Part shown: one piece after another, positions 1 through 9,200 of the stretch
How the letters are laid out: each line of letters opens with the position of its first letter
How positions within the stretch are numbered: the first letter of the stretch is position 1
Assembly: GCA_963840645.1 (NCBI GenBank)
Contig: CAWIZL010000002.1
Location: forward strand, 273,663 to 337,662
DNA: 64,000 nucleotides
Direction: 5' to 3'
Source of the DNA: Candidatus Doudnabacteria bacterium
GTDB lineage: Bacteria > Patescibacteriota > Doudnabacteria > UBA920 > VMFF01
The notes under the pieces: generated by a model
What the model saw: the letters and a program-made list of their open reading frames with translations, nothing else
Database searches by the model: none
What the model was told of the DNA's origin: nothing
Position numbers and translations under genes: made by a program

Positions 1-949
1 GGTTTGTTAGGTGTACGGCAAGTCCGTACTTGCGTGACTCTGACATCATGCTGATGAACGCGTCCGTGAGCACGTTTTGGAACTCATCCACGTAGAGGTA
101 GCACGGTGCGCGCAGCGACTCTGGCAGAGCTGCGCGACCCAGAACTGCTGCCTGTAGCTTTGCCATGAGGATGAGGCCGAGCATCTGCGAGTTTGTCTCG
201 CCAATTTTTCCCTTGCACAGGTTGATGAGTACAATCTTCTCGTTGGCAATGGCATCGGCAATGCTGAACGCAGAGCTCTGCTGGCCAATGATGTTCGCCA
301 TGGTCGCGTTCGAAACGAAGCGCCCAAACTTTGATGAGAAGTAGTTGAGCATCTCAGAGCGGTGGAAGTCTGACGTCTTTGCCATTTGCCTATCCCAGAA
401 ATCTAGCACGGCTGGGTCTGTGACGTGGCTCACCGCCTGGCGCTCGTACTGCCTATCCACGAACAGGCGCGGGATGTCGAGCAGCGTGCCGCCACCTGGC
501 TGTGCCATTACGGTGAGGGCTGCACTGCGCATCCAGTGCTCGAACTGCGGGCCAATCACGCCGGTTTGCTCTGGGTCAAAAATTTTGTAGAAAATTTGAA
601 TTGCCTCAGAGACCAAAAAATCTTTTTCGTCCGGCGTGCGCCACTCGAGCAGGTTCATGCCGGTGGGTGTTTCCACGTTCGATGGATCGAACAGCACGAC
701 ATCGTCAATGCGGTTCTGCGGAATTACAGACAGTAGGTAGTCAATGGCCTCGCCGTGCGGGTCAACGAACACCACGCCACACCCGGCGCGAATGTCCTGC
801 AGCGCCATGTTCTGGTACAGCGTTGACTTGCCAACGCCAGTTTTGCCGATCATGTACGCGTGGCGGAAGCGGTCGGCGTGCGCCACCCCAACGAGCAATT
901 TTTTTTCTCGAACGTGGGCTACGCCCAGCTCGACCTCAAAGTTTGCCAT
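1..949 (-). CDS. VirD4/TraD-like coupling ATPase (FtsK/HerA superfamily), partial; the C-terminus lies beyond the left window edge
   Basis: Absent from the ORF track because there is no stop in the window. My own translation from the ATG at 949 gives MANFEVELGVAH..YMIGKTGVGKSTLYQN (Walker A)..CYLYVDEFQNVL (Walker B)..SESRKYGLAVHLTN and stays open to nt 1. Confidence 0.7.
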   Translation of the reverse strand, partial: MANFEVELGVAHVREKKLLVGVAHADRFRHAYMIGKTGVGKSTLYQNMALQDIRAGCGVVFVDPHGEAIDYLLSVIPQNRIDDVVLFDPSNVETPTGMNLLEWRTPDEKDFLVSEAIQIFYKIFDPEQTGVIGPQFEHWMRSAALTVMAQPGGGTLLDIPRLFVDRQYERQAVSHVTDPAVLDFWDRQMAKTSDFHRSEMLNYFSSKFGRFVSNATMANIIGQQSSAFSIADAIANEKIVLINLCKGKIGETNSQMLGLILMAKLQAAVLGRAALPESLRAPCYLYVDEFQNVLTDAFISMMSESRKYGLAVHLTN

Positions 950-954
950 GGCTT

Positions 955-1188
955 TCAGTCAATGCGAATTACCTTGGGCAGCATGTGCCGCTCCTCGAAC
1001 GTGTCGCGGGGGAGTGCCTGCGCAACATTTTCCCTTGCTGCTCTTGCACCCCGTGCGCCGTGCACAGCTCTTGTGTGCGCTTCTTCTGCGTGCAGTTTTT
1101 CCTGAATGGCATTGTAGCTCTTCAGTGAAATGAACTGCTTCACAGACTCGAGCTGCTCTAGGCGGCTCTGTGAGTTAATCTGTGTCAT
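955..1188 (-). CDS. Small hypothetical protein (77 aa)
   Basis: Track ORF. Its ATG overlaps the upstream Clp-like stop as ATGA (1185-1188), and it ends 5 nt before the VirD4-like ATG, which suggests translational coupling within one operon. Confidence 0.5.
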   Translation of the reverse strand: MTQINSQSRLEQLESVKQFISLKSYNAIQEKLHAEEAHTRAVHGARGARAARENVAQALPRDTFEERHMLPKVIRID

Positions 1189-2782
1189 ACGCTCTGGCTC
1201 ACCTTAATTTCAATCAAGCCCTCGCACGTCTGTTCAATGAACCGTTTTATTGGCCGAGCACCCATTCGTGGGTCTGCGAGCTCTTTAACCTTGGCGAGGA
1301 GCAGGCCAGGGTCAATGTTAAATTTAATGTTGTGCTGGGCAGTGCGCTCCTCAATTTTTTTAATCTCTAGCAGGGCAATGTTCAAAAGGCTTTCGTTCGT
1401 GAGAGGCTTGAATACAACAATCCCGTCAAAGCGGTTCAGAAACTCTGTTCTGAAGTACTTCTTCAGCAGGGGCATCAGGTCTTGTGCAGTTTCTGCACCC
1501 CGCACAATTTGCTCAATGCCAATGTTTGAGGTCGCAATAATGGTGGTATTTGTGAAGTTAACCGTTTTTCCTGATCCGTCCGTGAGCCTTCCGTCTTCTA
1601 AGACCTGTAGAAAAATATCGAACACGCGGGCGTTGGCCTTCTCAATTTCATCTAAGAGCACGAGAGAGTAGGGTTGAGATTTAATCGCGTTCGTGAGCTG
1701 GCCGCCATATTCGTGGCCAACGTAGCCGGGGGGGGCGCCCACTAAGCGCTGCACGGTGTGCGCCTCTGCAAACTCGCTCATGTCTATGCGCGTGAAGCTC
1801 CGCTCTGATCCGTAGACAAGGTCTGCGAGCACGCGCGAAAGCTCTGTCTTGCCGACGCCAGATGGTCCCAGGAACAGGAACGAACCGTACGGCCTGTTCG
1901 GGTTGCGCAATCCAATGCGGCTGTGGCGGATGACCTCAGCCACGACCTGCACAGCGTGCTCCTGGCCAATGACGCGCCTGTTCAGTTCAGCTTCTATGTG
2001 TAGAGGGGCAGCGGTGTTTGGTATGCCAGTTTTTTCTGAGAAGGCTGATTCAACGCTGCGTACGTCCAGCGTAACCAGCCCAGACATTTTTGCGTAGGCG
2101 AGCGATTCATCGAGCAGGTGCATGGCGCGCAGCGGCTGTGCCCTTTCACTGGTCATGCGGGCCTGACAGTTCTGCCGCACGCTGCACTGCGTCAGCTGGA
2201 ACCGCAATGCCGTAGCTTGTGCGAACGACGCCGACAGCGAACTAAAATTTCTGCTGTCTGTGCGCCGTCAGCTTCTGCCAGTTCAATGTCCTCAAAGTTT
2301 TGGAAGAACGCTGCGTGCTGCAGCGCGAGCTGCGCTGTACGCTGCATCGTTCACGGTCATGAATGAGGGAAATGCCCGGCGTGGCGAGCAGTGGCCCAAA
2401 CACTTGGCTCACCTCAAAGAGCTTGCGCTCTGGCACGACGCTCGCAAAGTCATCTATGAACACAATGGTGGCACGTGGAATTCTGCTGAACGCCTCATGC
2501 ACAGCGTGGCTAGAGTTCCCAGCCAGGAGGGTTTTGAGCTCTGCTGGTATCAAGTTTAACAATGGCCGTTTCCCCAAAGCCGCTAATTTTTTGCGTGGCA
2601 ACGCGGTACGCAAAACCCTCGACGAGCGCTGTCTTGCCAGTGCCGCTCTTGCCGCGCACGAGCACGTTGCCGTTGTACTGCCGCTGGAGGGTTCGGGTAA
2701 TCCTGCGCAGCTCTGCCTCACGGCCAGCAACGTTGCCGATAGCCTTGCGCAGCGCCTCTTTTTTTAGGTCGTAGTAGAGCAT
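1185..2782 (-). pseudogene. ClpA/ClpB/ClpC-like two-domain AAA+ ATPase without N-domain or long M-domain; the D1 domain is broken by about 4 frameshifts
   Basis: D1 Walker A is GKSGTGKTALVEGFAYRV (ORF 2510..2782) and Walker B is IVFIDDFASVV (ORF 2242..2730). The arginine-finger region ..FFQNFEDIELAEADGAQTAEIL lies in a third frame. D2 is intact (1185..2207: GQEHAVQVV..FLFLGPSGVGKTE..LVLLDEIEKA). Confidence 0.7.
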
Positions 2783-2789
2783 TTATTTT

Positions 2790-3593
2790 TTAGGCAGCCT
2801 GGCGAAGCTCTTGGAGCGCAGCGTAGGCTTCTTCAAGAGAGGTACCTGACTCACCATCGTTAGCTACGTCTTCTTGGGGGCTGAGCGCGTACGCCTGCAT
2901 AGTTGATCGCGCCTCGGGTTGCTCTGCCTCTGTTCTAGGGGCAGCCTCAGTTGTTGAGGGAAGTCCTGCTAGGCCAATGCCTGCTCTGCGAGCTTCAAAA
3001 ATTCTGCGGCCTTCTTCTACTGAGACAACTTTTGGCTCGCTGGTTTCGTGTACGGCCTCTTCGTGGTGGAAAAATTCTGGCGTAGAGGTTGCCATGTTCC
3101 AAGCTGCTTCCACCTTGGCATCCTCTGCCTTCTTCGCAAGCTCAGCGGGGGATAGCCCGCCCAGTTTTTTTTCGTTGCCGTTCTTCGCGATCTCTTTTGG
3201 CACCTCTCTTACTTCAATTGTAATTCTGTCTCCAGAAGAAGTGATGGTGTGCTCAAAGTGGGTGAAAGCATTTTCCGGGTTGTCGACGTGGCGGACAACT
3301 TTACCGTCAAGGGCTTTTATGTAGAGCGATAGAACTTTCTCGATAGGCGCACCGCCTGGCATTGCCTCACACGCAGCGCGCATTGACCCTGCATTGCTCA
3401 TGTAGTCTACGACGACTCCGTGCTCGTTGCGAATGAGAATGCCGTGGTACTCCTTACCTGGTGTGTCGTGGAACTCGTACGTTGGCTGCGGTGGTAGTTC
3501 CTCAATTCGATTCTCCACCTCGAAAAGTTTTTCGTTTACAGCCTCTTCTGTTTCTAGTTCTTCTGCAAGTGCAGTGCCCGTTGCTTCTGCCAT
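2790..3593 (-). CDS. Hypothetical acidic protein (267 aa)
   Basis: Track ORF with an ATG start, located 7 nt upstream of the Clp-like gene. I recognised no family. Confidence 0.55.
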   Translation of the reverse strand: MAEATGTALAEELETEEAVNEKLFEVENRIEELPPQPTYEFHDTPGKEYHGILIRNEHGVVVDYMSNAGSMRAACEAMPGGAPIEKVLSLYIKALDGKVVRHVDNPENAFTHFEHTITSSGDRITIEVREVPKEIAKNGNEKKLGGLSPAELAKKAEDAKVEAAWNMATSTPEFFHHEEAVHETSEPKVVSVEEGRRIFEARRAGIGLAGLPSTTEAAPRTEAEQPEARSTMQAYALSPQEDVANDGESGTSLEEAYAALQELRQAA

Positions 3594-3613
3594 AATTTTT
3601 GTGTTAAAAATTA

Positions 3614-3635
3614 GCGTACCCTGTGCAGGGTGCGC
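3614..3635 (-). terminator. GC-rich hairpin followed by a U-rich run, 20 nt upstream of the 3593 start codon (terminator or attenuator)
   Basis: GCGTACCCTG..CAGGGTGCGC forms a 10-bp stem with one G-U pair. In minus sense it is followed by TAATTTTTAA. Confidence 0.35.
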
Positions 3636-3817
3636 TGACGTTTGCCAGTGACCTTCCTGCTCGGGAAAAGTTTACAAGTTTGGTATCTGACTTCTCTCGC
3701 TGCTCTCAGCGCTCGAGTTACAGTTGCGGCACAGTCCCGGAATTTGAGCGTTGGCCCATCACCGGAGTTCCCAAATATTTTCTTACACTGGCATCATACG
3801 CCCTAGCTTTTTTCGTG

Positions 3818-4306
3818 TCAATCGAACAGCTCTCTGAGGCCGTCAGTGTTGTTGATGCTCTCAATGGTGATGAGCCTCACGAACAGCTTCTGCGACAGCT
3901 CTTTGAGCTCTTGCTCCACTTCCTGCGGCAGGGTGTACGGCGTGATCCATGTGCTGTGCTGCCACTTCTTGAAGCCGAGCTGCTTAATCTTGCTCCTTAA
4001 GTAGTCTCGCGTTGAGCGCTGCGATTCTGGAATATCGAACACAATCATTCTCCACTTGCCATCTCTGGTGCGATCAGCAGCTGAAATTGCTGCTTTTCCC
4101 TTTGGTGATACACGTACGTACTCAAGGTCTTTGTGCATGTACCGCTCTAGGTAGCCTCTTTTTTCAAGCTGGTAGAGCTGCGTGTACACTTTCCTGTACG
4201 ATTCAAATTTGTAGTGCGTCTTAATGAATGCGTAAATTGTTGATTTTCCCTCGTTTTCAACGATTTGGAGCATCTTTATTGAGTCTGATGACAGCTTTTG
4301 AGACAT
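3818..4306 (-). CDS. PaaX-like transcriptional regulator (winged HTH plus Cas2/VapD-like ferredoxin-fold C-terminal domain)
   Basis: The C-terminal motif GKWRMIVFDIPESQRSTRDYLRSKIKQLGFKKWQHSTWITPY is typical of the PaaX/Cas2-like fold. The N-terminal segment YTQLYQLEKRGYLERY resembles a wHTH. Confidence 0.6.
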   Translation of the reverse strand: MSQKLSSDSIKMLQIVENEGKSTIYAFIKTHYKFESYRKVYTQLYQLEKRGYLERYMHKDLEYVRVSPKGKAAISAADRTRDGKWRMIVFDIPESQRSTRDYLRSKIKQLGFKKWQHSTWITPYTLPQEVEQELKELSQKLFVRLITIESINNTDGLRELFD

Positions 4307-4461
4307 GTTGAACGTTTTCTTTTAATTACTGGTCTAATTATATTACGTATAGTGAACGTTCGTCAATAGTTTTGGAATAGTGCGCACAGTTTATACACAG
4401 ATTAACGCTTACGTTCGTAGATTAAAAAATTAAATTATTATCCTTAATCTTCGCACGGAGG

Positions 4462-4510
4462 CATTAAATTTTAATGTGTTCACGAGCGTGATTAAATTTA
4501 TTTTAATCAC
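4462..4510. promoter_or_regulatory. Two perfect AT-rich inverted repeats (candidate operators)
   Basis: CATTAAA-T-TTTAATG at 4462-4476 and GTGATTAAA-TTTAT-TTTAATCAC at 4488-4510. Confidence 0.45.
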
Positions 4511-4798
4511 TTTTCTAATTTATACTTCCGGTTAACATTTTCTGAAAAGTATTTGTACTCAAATGCAATCAAGCTTATGAAATAAAGTGATTACTTTTTC
4601 AAATATTACGAGAAACAACTTGAACTATTTTTAAAAAAATCGTGCAACACTACTTTTTCTTGCGTGGCACATTGAGGCAATACTGTCGCGCTGTTTTCGT
4701 TCATTTTGTTTCAAAAAAATGTTTCTAAAACTGTACACAATTTTCGCCGAAATTTCCTTGAGAAATTGAATGACTGCATATATAATTTAAGTGTTATT

Positions 4799-4822
4799 GG
4801 ATATCCGATATCGGAACGTTCC
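4799..4822. promoter_or_regulatory. Three overlapping perfect palindromes upstream of the giant gene (candidate operator over the -35 region)
   Basis: GGATATCC (4799-4806), CCGATATCGG (4805-4814) and GGAACGTTCC (4813-4822). A TGaTATAAA extended -10-like box sits at 4839-4847, with the GTG start at 4856. Confidence 0.45.
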
Positions 4823-4855
4823 ATCAATAAAACTGAGCTGATATAAAAACAAAAA

Positions 4856-6211
4856 GTGTCCGAAGAAAAATCTGAGAACAATTTAATTTCACTCTCGCAG
4901 GCGAGCGAGATAACGGGGTACAACCAAGACTACCTCGGGTTCTTGGCGCGCACTGGAAAACTGCAAGCTCAGAAGATTGGACGCAACTGGGTGACGAGTA
5001 TTTCTGCTGTGAATTCACTTCTGGGAAACAATTCTGAAGCTGGTACAAAAACGAGTGGTGCTGTGCGAGAGTCGGGAGCGCAACTGCCTTTGGCAGTTCC
5101 CACACAAGAAGTTCCAGTTGCACTAAGCAGAGAAGACTTTTTTATTGTTCCACCAAAGCTCAAGGTTTCTGCTGAACCACTCCCACCTGCGGCACCAGAA
5201 GGTTTTGCAGAATCAAACTTACTTGCAGTTAAGCAGGCAGCACAGGCAGAGCAGAGAGTTTCTGATGAGCAGCACGAGGCAGCAATGCGCGCGAGCATTG
5301 CAGCGGGTGTTGCCAGCAAGCTTGAAAATTTTCAGAAAGATTTTAAGGCTGAGCTCGGCGCGGTTGTAGGAACAGTTGTTGCAGAAAAAACCGCAGAGAG
5401 GTTTGCCGCAGACGCAGCACGTGCAGCTGCAATCGAGCAGGCAGCACAGCAAGAGGCAGCGCAGGCTGCGAAAGAAAAATCAAACGTTGCGTTCAGGAAC
5501 GCATCTGGTGCAGTTGAGGTTCTGCCGCTCGCGGCTGGAGTTGCAGCAGCGCGCTCTCTCGATACGGCAAAAATTTACAAGAGCTTCCAGAAAAATTTAT
5601 CGGCGCAGCAGGTGCGCTACGGCATCGCAGGTGCAGCCGCATCAGTGGCGATTGTGGCGCTCGCAATTTTCTTTGGGTACAGAACACTGAACACTGGAAT
5701 TCAAAAGCAGTTCGCCTCCCTGCCCGTTCGCACGCAGCAGCTTGTCGCTGTTCAACCTGAACCCCAGCAGCCGCAAACTGAGCAGCCACAAAAAATTGTT
5801 TACATCCAGGGTTCGCAGACCGTGAAGTACGTGCAGGGGCCTGGCCGGCGCAGCTGCCGCAGGGTTTGCCCAGGACAGCAAGGCCCAGCTGGGGCAGCTG
5901 GCTCGCCAGCCCAAGCGGGTGTGTTCAACCCGTCCAATGGGCTCATTGCATCTCCGTACGCTCCATCGGGCAACACAGCAAACGTGCCGGTTTCTCCAAA
6001 TAGTGGCCCGCAAACAATTTTTTCATCAGGCCAAGGTTCGTTCAACTCGGTGACAACGAACGATCTCACGGCCAACGATCTCACGGCCAGCACGGCATCG
6101 CTCCAGTCTGCAAGCATTCCGAGCCTGAACGCAGGCACGGAGAACGTTTCTGGCGCAGCGATATTCAGCCGGTCCTGTGGTGTTCACAGGTTCTGTCACC
6201 GGGCTACCTAG
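4856..6211 (+). CDS. Giant surface protein, N-terminal fragment: excisionase-like HTH, coiled/Ala-rich segment, one TM helix, Gly/Pro collagen-like patch
   Basis: ISLSQASEITGYNQDYLGFLARTGKLQAQKIGRNWVTS (HTH); YGIAGAAASVAIVALAIFFGY (TM). The frame breaks near 6170 and continues in ORF 6177..12485 (..NVSGAAIFS / PVVFTGSVTGLPSG..). Confidence 0.7.
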   Translation: MSEEKSENNLISLSQASEITGYNQDYLGFLARTGKLQAQKIGRNWVTSISAVNSLLGNNSEAGTKTSGAVRESGAQLPLAVPTQEVPVALSREDFFIVPPKLKVSAEPLPPAAPEGFAESNLLAVKQAAQAEQRVSDEQHEAAMRASIAAGVASKLENFQKDFKAELGAVVGTVVAEKTAERFAADAARAAAIEQAAQQEAAQAAKEKSNVAFRNASGAVEVLPLAAGVAAARSLDTAKIYKSFQKNLSAQQVRYGIAGAAASVAIVALAIFFGYRTLNTGIQKQFASLPVRTQQLVAVQPEPQQPQTEQPQKIVYIQGSQTVKYVQGPGRRSCRRVCPGQQGPAGAAGSPAQAGVFNPSNGLIASPYAPSGNTANVPVSPNSGPQTIFSSGQGSFNSVTTNDLTANDLTASTASLQSASIPSLNAGTENVSGAAIFSRSCGVHRFCHRAT

Positions 6212-9200
6212 CGGGTCAAGTTCCCTCATCAGCACGACCACGCCACAGCTCACGGCAGGCTACGATACCGCGCACGAGTGGTCAGCGTCTACGAACAGCG
6301 CTGGCGAAACGACGTTCACGCCATCGGTAGACAGTGCGTCAGCCTTCACGTTTACCTCATCAAACGGCACGCCACTCATTAGCGTGAATACCTCAGGCAA
6401 CGTGCTCACGGCGAGCGGCAACGTCACGCTCAGCAGCGCGACACCTGTGGTAGACAGCCCGAACGGCACGCTCGACATCAACACGGTCACGAACCAGCCT
6501 GTGACATTTGGCACTGGCACAATCACCTCAAACGGTGCAGTGGCCATCAGCGAGAACGCCGACGCTGGCAATGGACACACGTCCACTGGACTGAACGTGA
6601 ACATCACTGACAACACCACCGGCAGCGGCGCGTACACTGGGCTGGCTGTCACGGCAACCGGTTCTGGCGTTGGCACTGGCAGCAAGTACCTGCTCGACCT
6701 CACGCCCACGAACGCTTCCAACGAGGTGGTGTTTGACAACTCTGGCTCGCTCCACCCAACTGCGTCGCTGAGTTCAAACACAGCTTCCATTGGCTCGCCG
6801 TCAGACTACTTCAAGAATGGGTACTTTGACACCATCACCGCAAACAACATTCAGGGAACCGTGGTGAGCACCTCAACGTCTTCAACGAGTTGGACTATTG
6901 GGTCAACGCAAACTGGTGACGTGAATGAGTCAGTCATCTTCCAACGCGACAGCGGATTGAACAACGCCGAACTCCAGTGGAATGCTGGCAGCGGTGACCA
7001 GCGCTACCTGGGCGTGAACTACCCATTCAACGCAACGTACACCATCAGCAATTCGTCTATCGGCACAACTGCAAACCTGTACTCAGGTACGCTGACGAAC
7101 AACACAACGTCAGGCACGCAAAATTTATTGTCGCTGACTAACGCCGGCACGGGCACGACTGCCAGTGGCATCTACCTGAACAACACTGGCACGGGAACCA
7201 CTGCGCTGGACATTGCGGGCACGTGGACGAACGGCATTGTGACGAACGGTAACTCTATCAGCGCAGGTTCTGGCAGCATCAGCGCGGCAAACATTACGCT
7301 GTCTGGTCTGACCGCAAACACGTTTGTGTACTCTGGTGCTGGCGGCGCAATCACGGCTACGTCTGCGCCGACGAACGGCCAAGTACTCATTGGCTCAACG
7401 GGCACCGCGCCAGTTGCCGCTGCATTAAACACGGGCAACAATATTTTAATCACGGACGGAGCTGGTTCAATTACGGTTGCGACAGTGAACAACCCAGTGT
7501 TCTCAACGTCTGTGACCACGCCGCTGCTCACGAGCACAGCCACGTTGACCGTTGACTCTGGCTCTGGCAGCCCACTGGACATTGGCCCAGCGAACGCATC
7601 TGCGGTGAACATTGCCCAGCTCGGCGTGGCGACCAACGTGCTCGGCTCACTTGCCGTGACCAGCAACGTGACTGGCGGCACGTACAACACTGCCACAATT
7701 TCGGGCGGCACGTTGAGCGGCGGTTCATTAACTGCAACAACAGTTAATGGCGTAACGACCGCAAACATTTTGACAACAGGAACAGCATTTAGCGGAGATT
7801 TAACCGGCACGTACAATGCCTTAACCTTGAACACGGTCAACACCAACACCGGCAGCTTTGGATCCTCGACGGCAATTCCTACCTTCACGGTCAACGGCAA
7901 AGGCCTCATCACCGCAGCTGGCACGGCAGCGGTTGTTGCACCAGCTGGCACGCTCACAGGCACAACGCTCGCCTCGAACGTGGTGTCGTCTTCGCTGACC
8001 TCTGTTGGCACCATTGGCACTGGCACGTGGCAGGGGACGCCAGTTGCGCTGCAGTACGGAGGCACGAACGCCAACCTAACTGCATCGAACGGGGGCATCT
8101 TCTACTCAACAGGTTCTGCCGGCGCCATCTTGTCTGGCACGGCAACGCCAAACCAGGTGCTCTTGTCAGGGTCAACTGCTGCGCCATCGTGGTCAACGGC
8201 AACGTACCCTGCCACCACCACGGCGAACCAAATTCTGTACTCGTCATCGGCGAACACGCTGGCAGGCCTCGCAACTGCAGCGAGCGGCGTGCTCGTCACG
8301 TCGTCAGGTGGAGCACCTTCGATATCGTCAACTCTACCAGCTGCGGTGCAGGGCAACATTACCCAGGTCGGCAACGTGGCTGGCGGCACGTACAACGGCA
8401 ACACCATCACCACGGGCACGGGCACGCTCACGCTGAACGCAAACACGCTCACGGTTTCTGGCACATCGAACATCAACCAGGACGTGACCACAACGGCAAG
8501 CCCGACCTTTGCTGGCGCAACGCTCTCTGGCCAAACTACGAGCCAGGGCATTCTGCTGACGAGCAGCGCGGGTGCCATTTCAGAAACAGCGCAGGGAGCA
8601 GCAAACCAAGTTTTGACTGGACAGGCTGGATCCACGCCGACGTTCGAGAACATCTCAGCGCTCCTCAGCGCAGGCAACGACATCCAGGCAATCTCGGGCG
8701 CAACGCCGACCATAGCCGTTTCAACCACGCCGACGTTCACGAGCGTGAACGGCCTGGCAATCACGAACAATGGCACGAACACGTTAAACATTGCGGCAGG
8801 CAAGACATTAACGGTGAACAACTCGCTCGCCTTCTCTGGTACTGACGGAACCACGTTCACGTTCCCCGGATCGTCAGATACAGTTGCCACGCTCGGCGCA
8901 ACCCAGACGCTCACGAGCAAAACCTTGACCACGCCGCGCATTGGCACGTCAATTTTAGATGCAAACGGCAACACTATCCTCGGCCTCACGGCAACTACGT
9001 CGGCGAACAACTCTATCACGCTGGCCAATGCGGCGAATGGTTCAAACCCGAACATCAGCGTTGTGGCAGGCAGCGATGCAAACGCTGGCCTCAACCTCAC
9101 CACGAAAGGCACGGGCAGCTTCAACGTGAACTCAACTACCGCAAACTCGGCGACCATTGCCATTGCCCCGCAGGCTGGCGCGTCAGACTCAGCCACCATC

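Noticed and set aside
345-1133. Plus-strand track ORFs 345..590, 425..736, 601..1128, 744..1133 and 860..1105, and minus-strand ORF 46..327
   Set aside because: They overlap the conserved VirD4-like gene on the minus strand, which is open from 949 to nt 1. Their translations are Arg/Cys/Ser-rich junk.
1308-1325. ATGTTAAATTTAATGTTG, another near-copy of the AT-palindrome
   Set aside because: It lies inside the Clp-like coding frame (..HNIKFNIDPG..). It is probably coincidental and not counted as a regulatory site.
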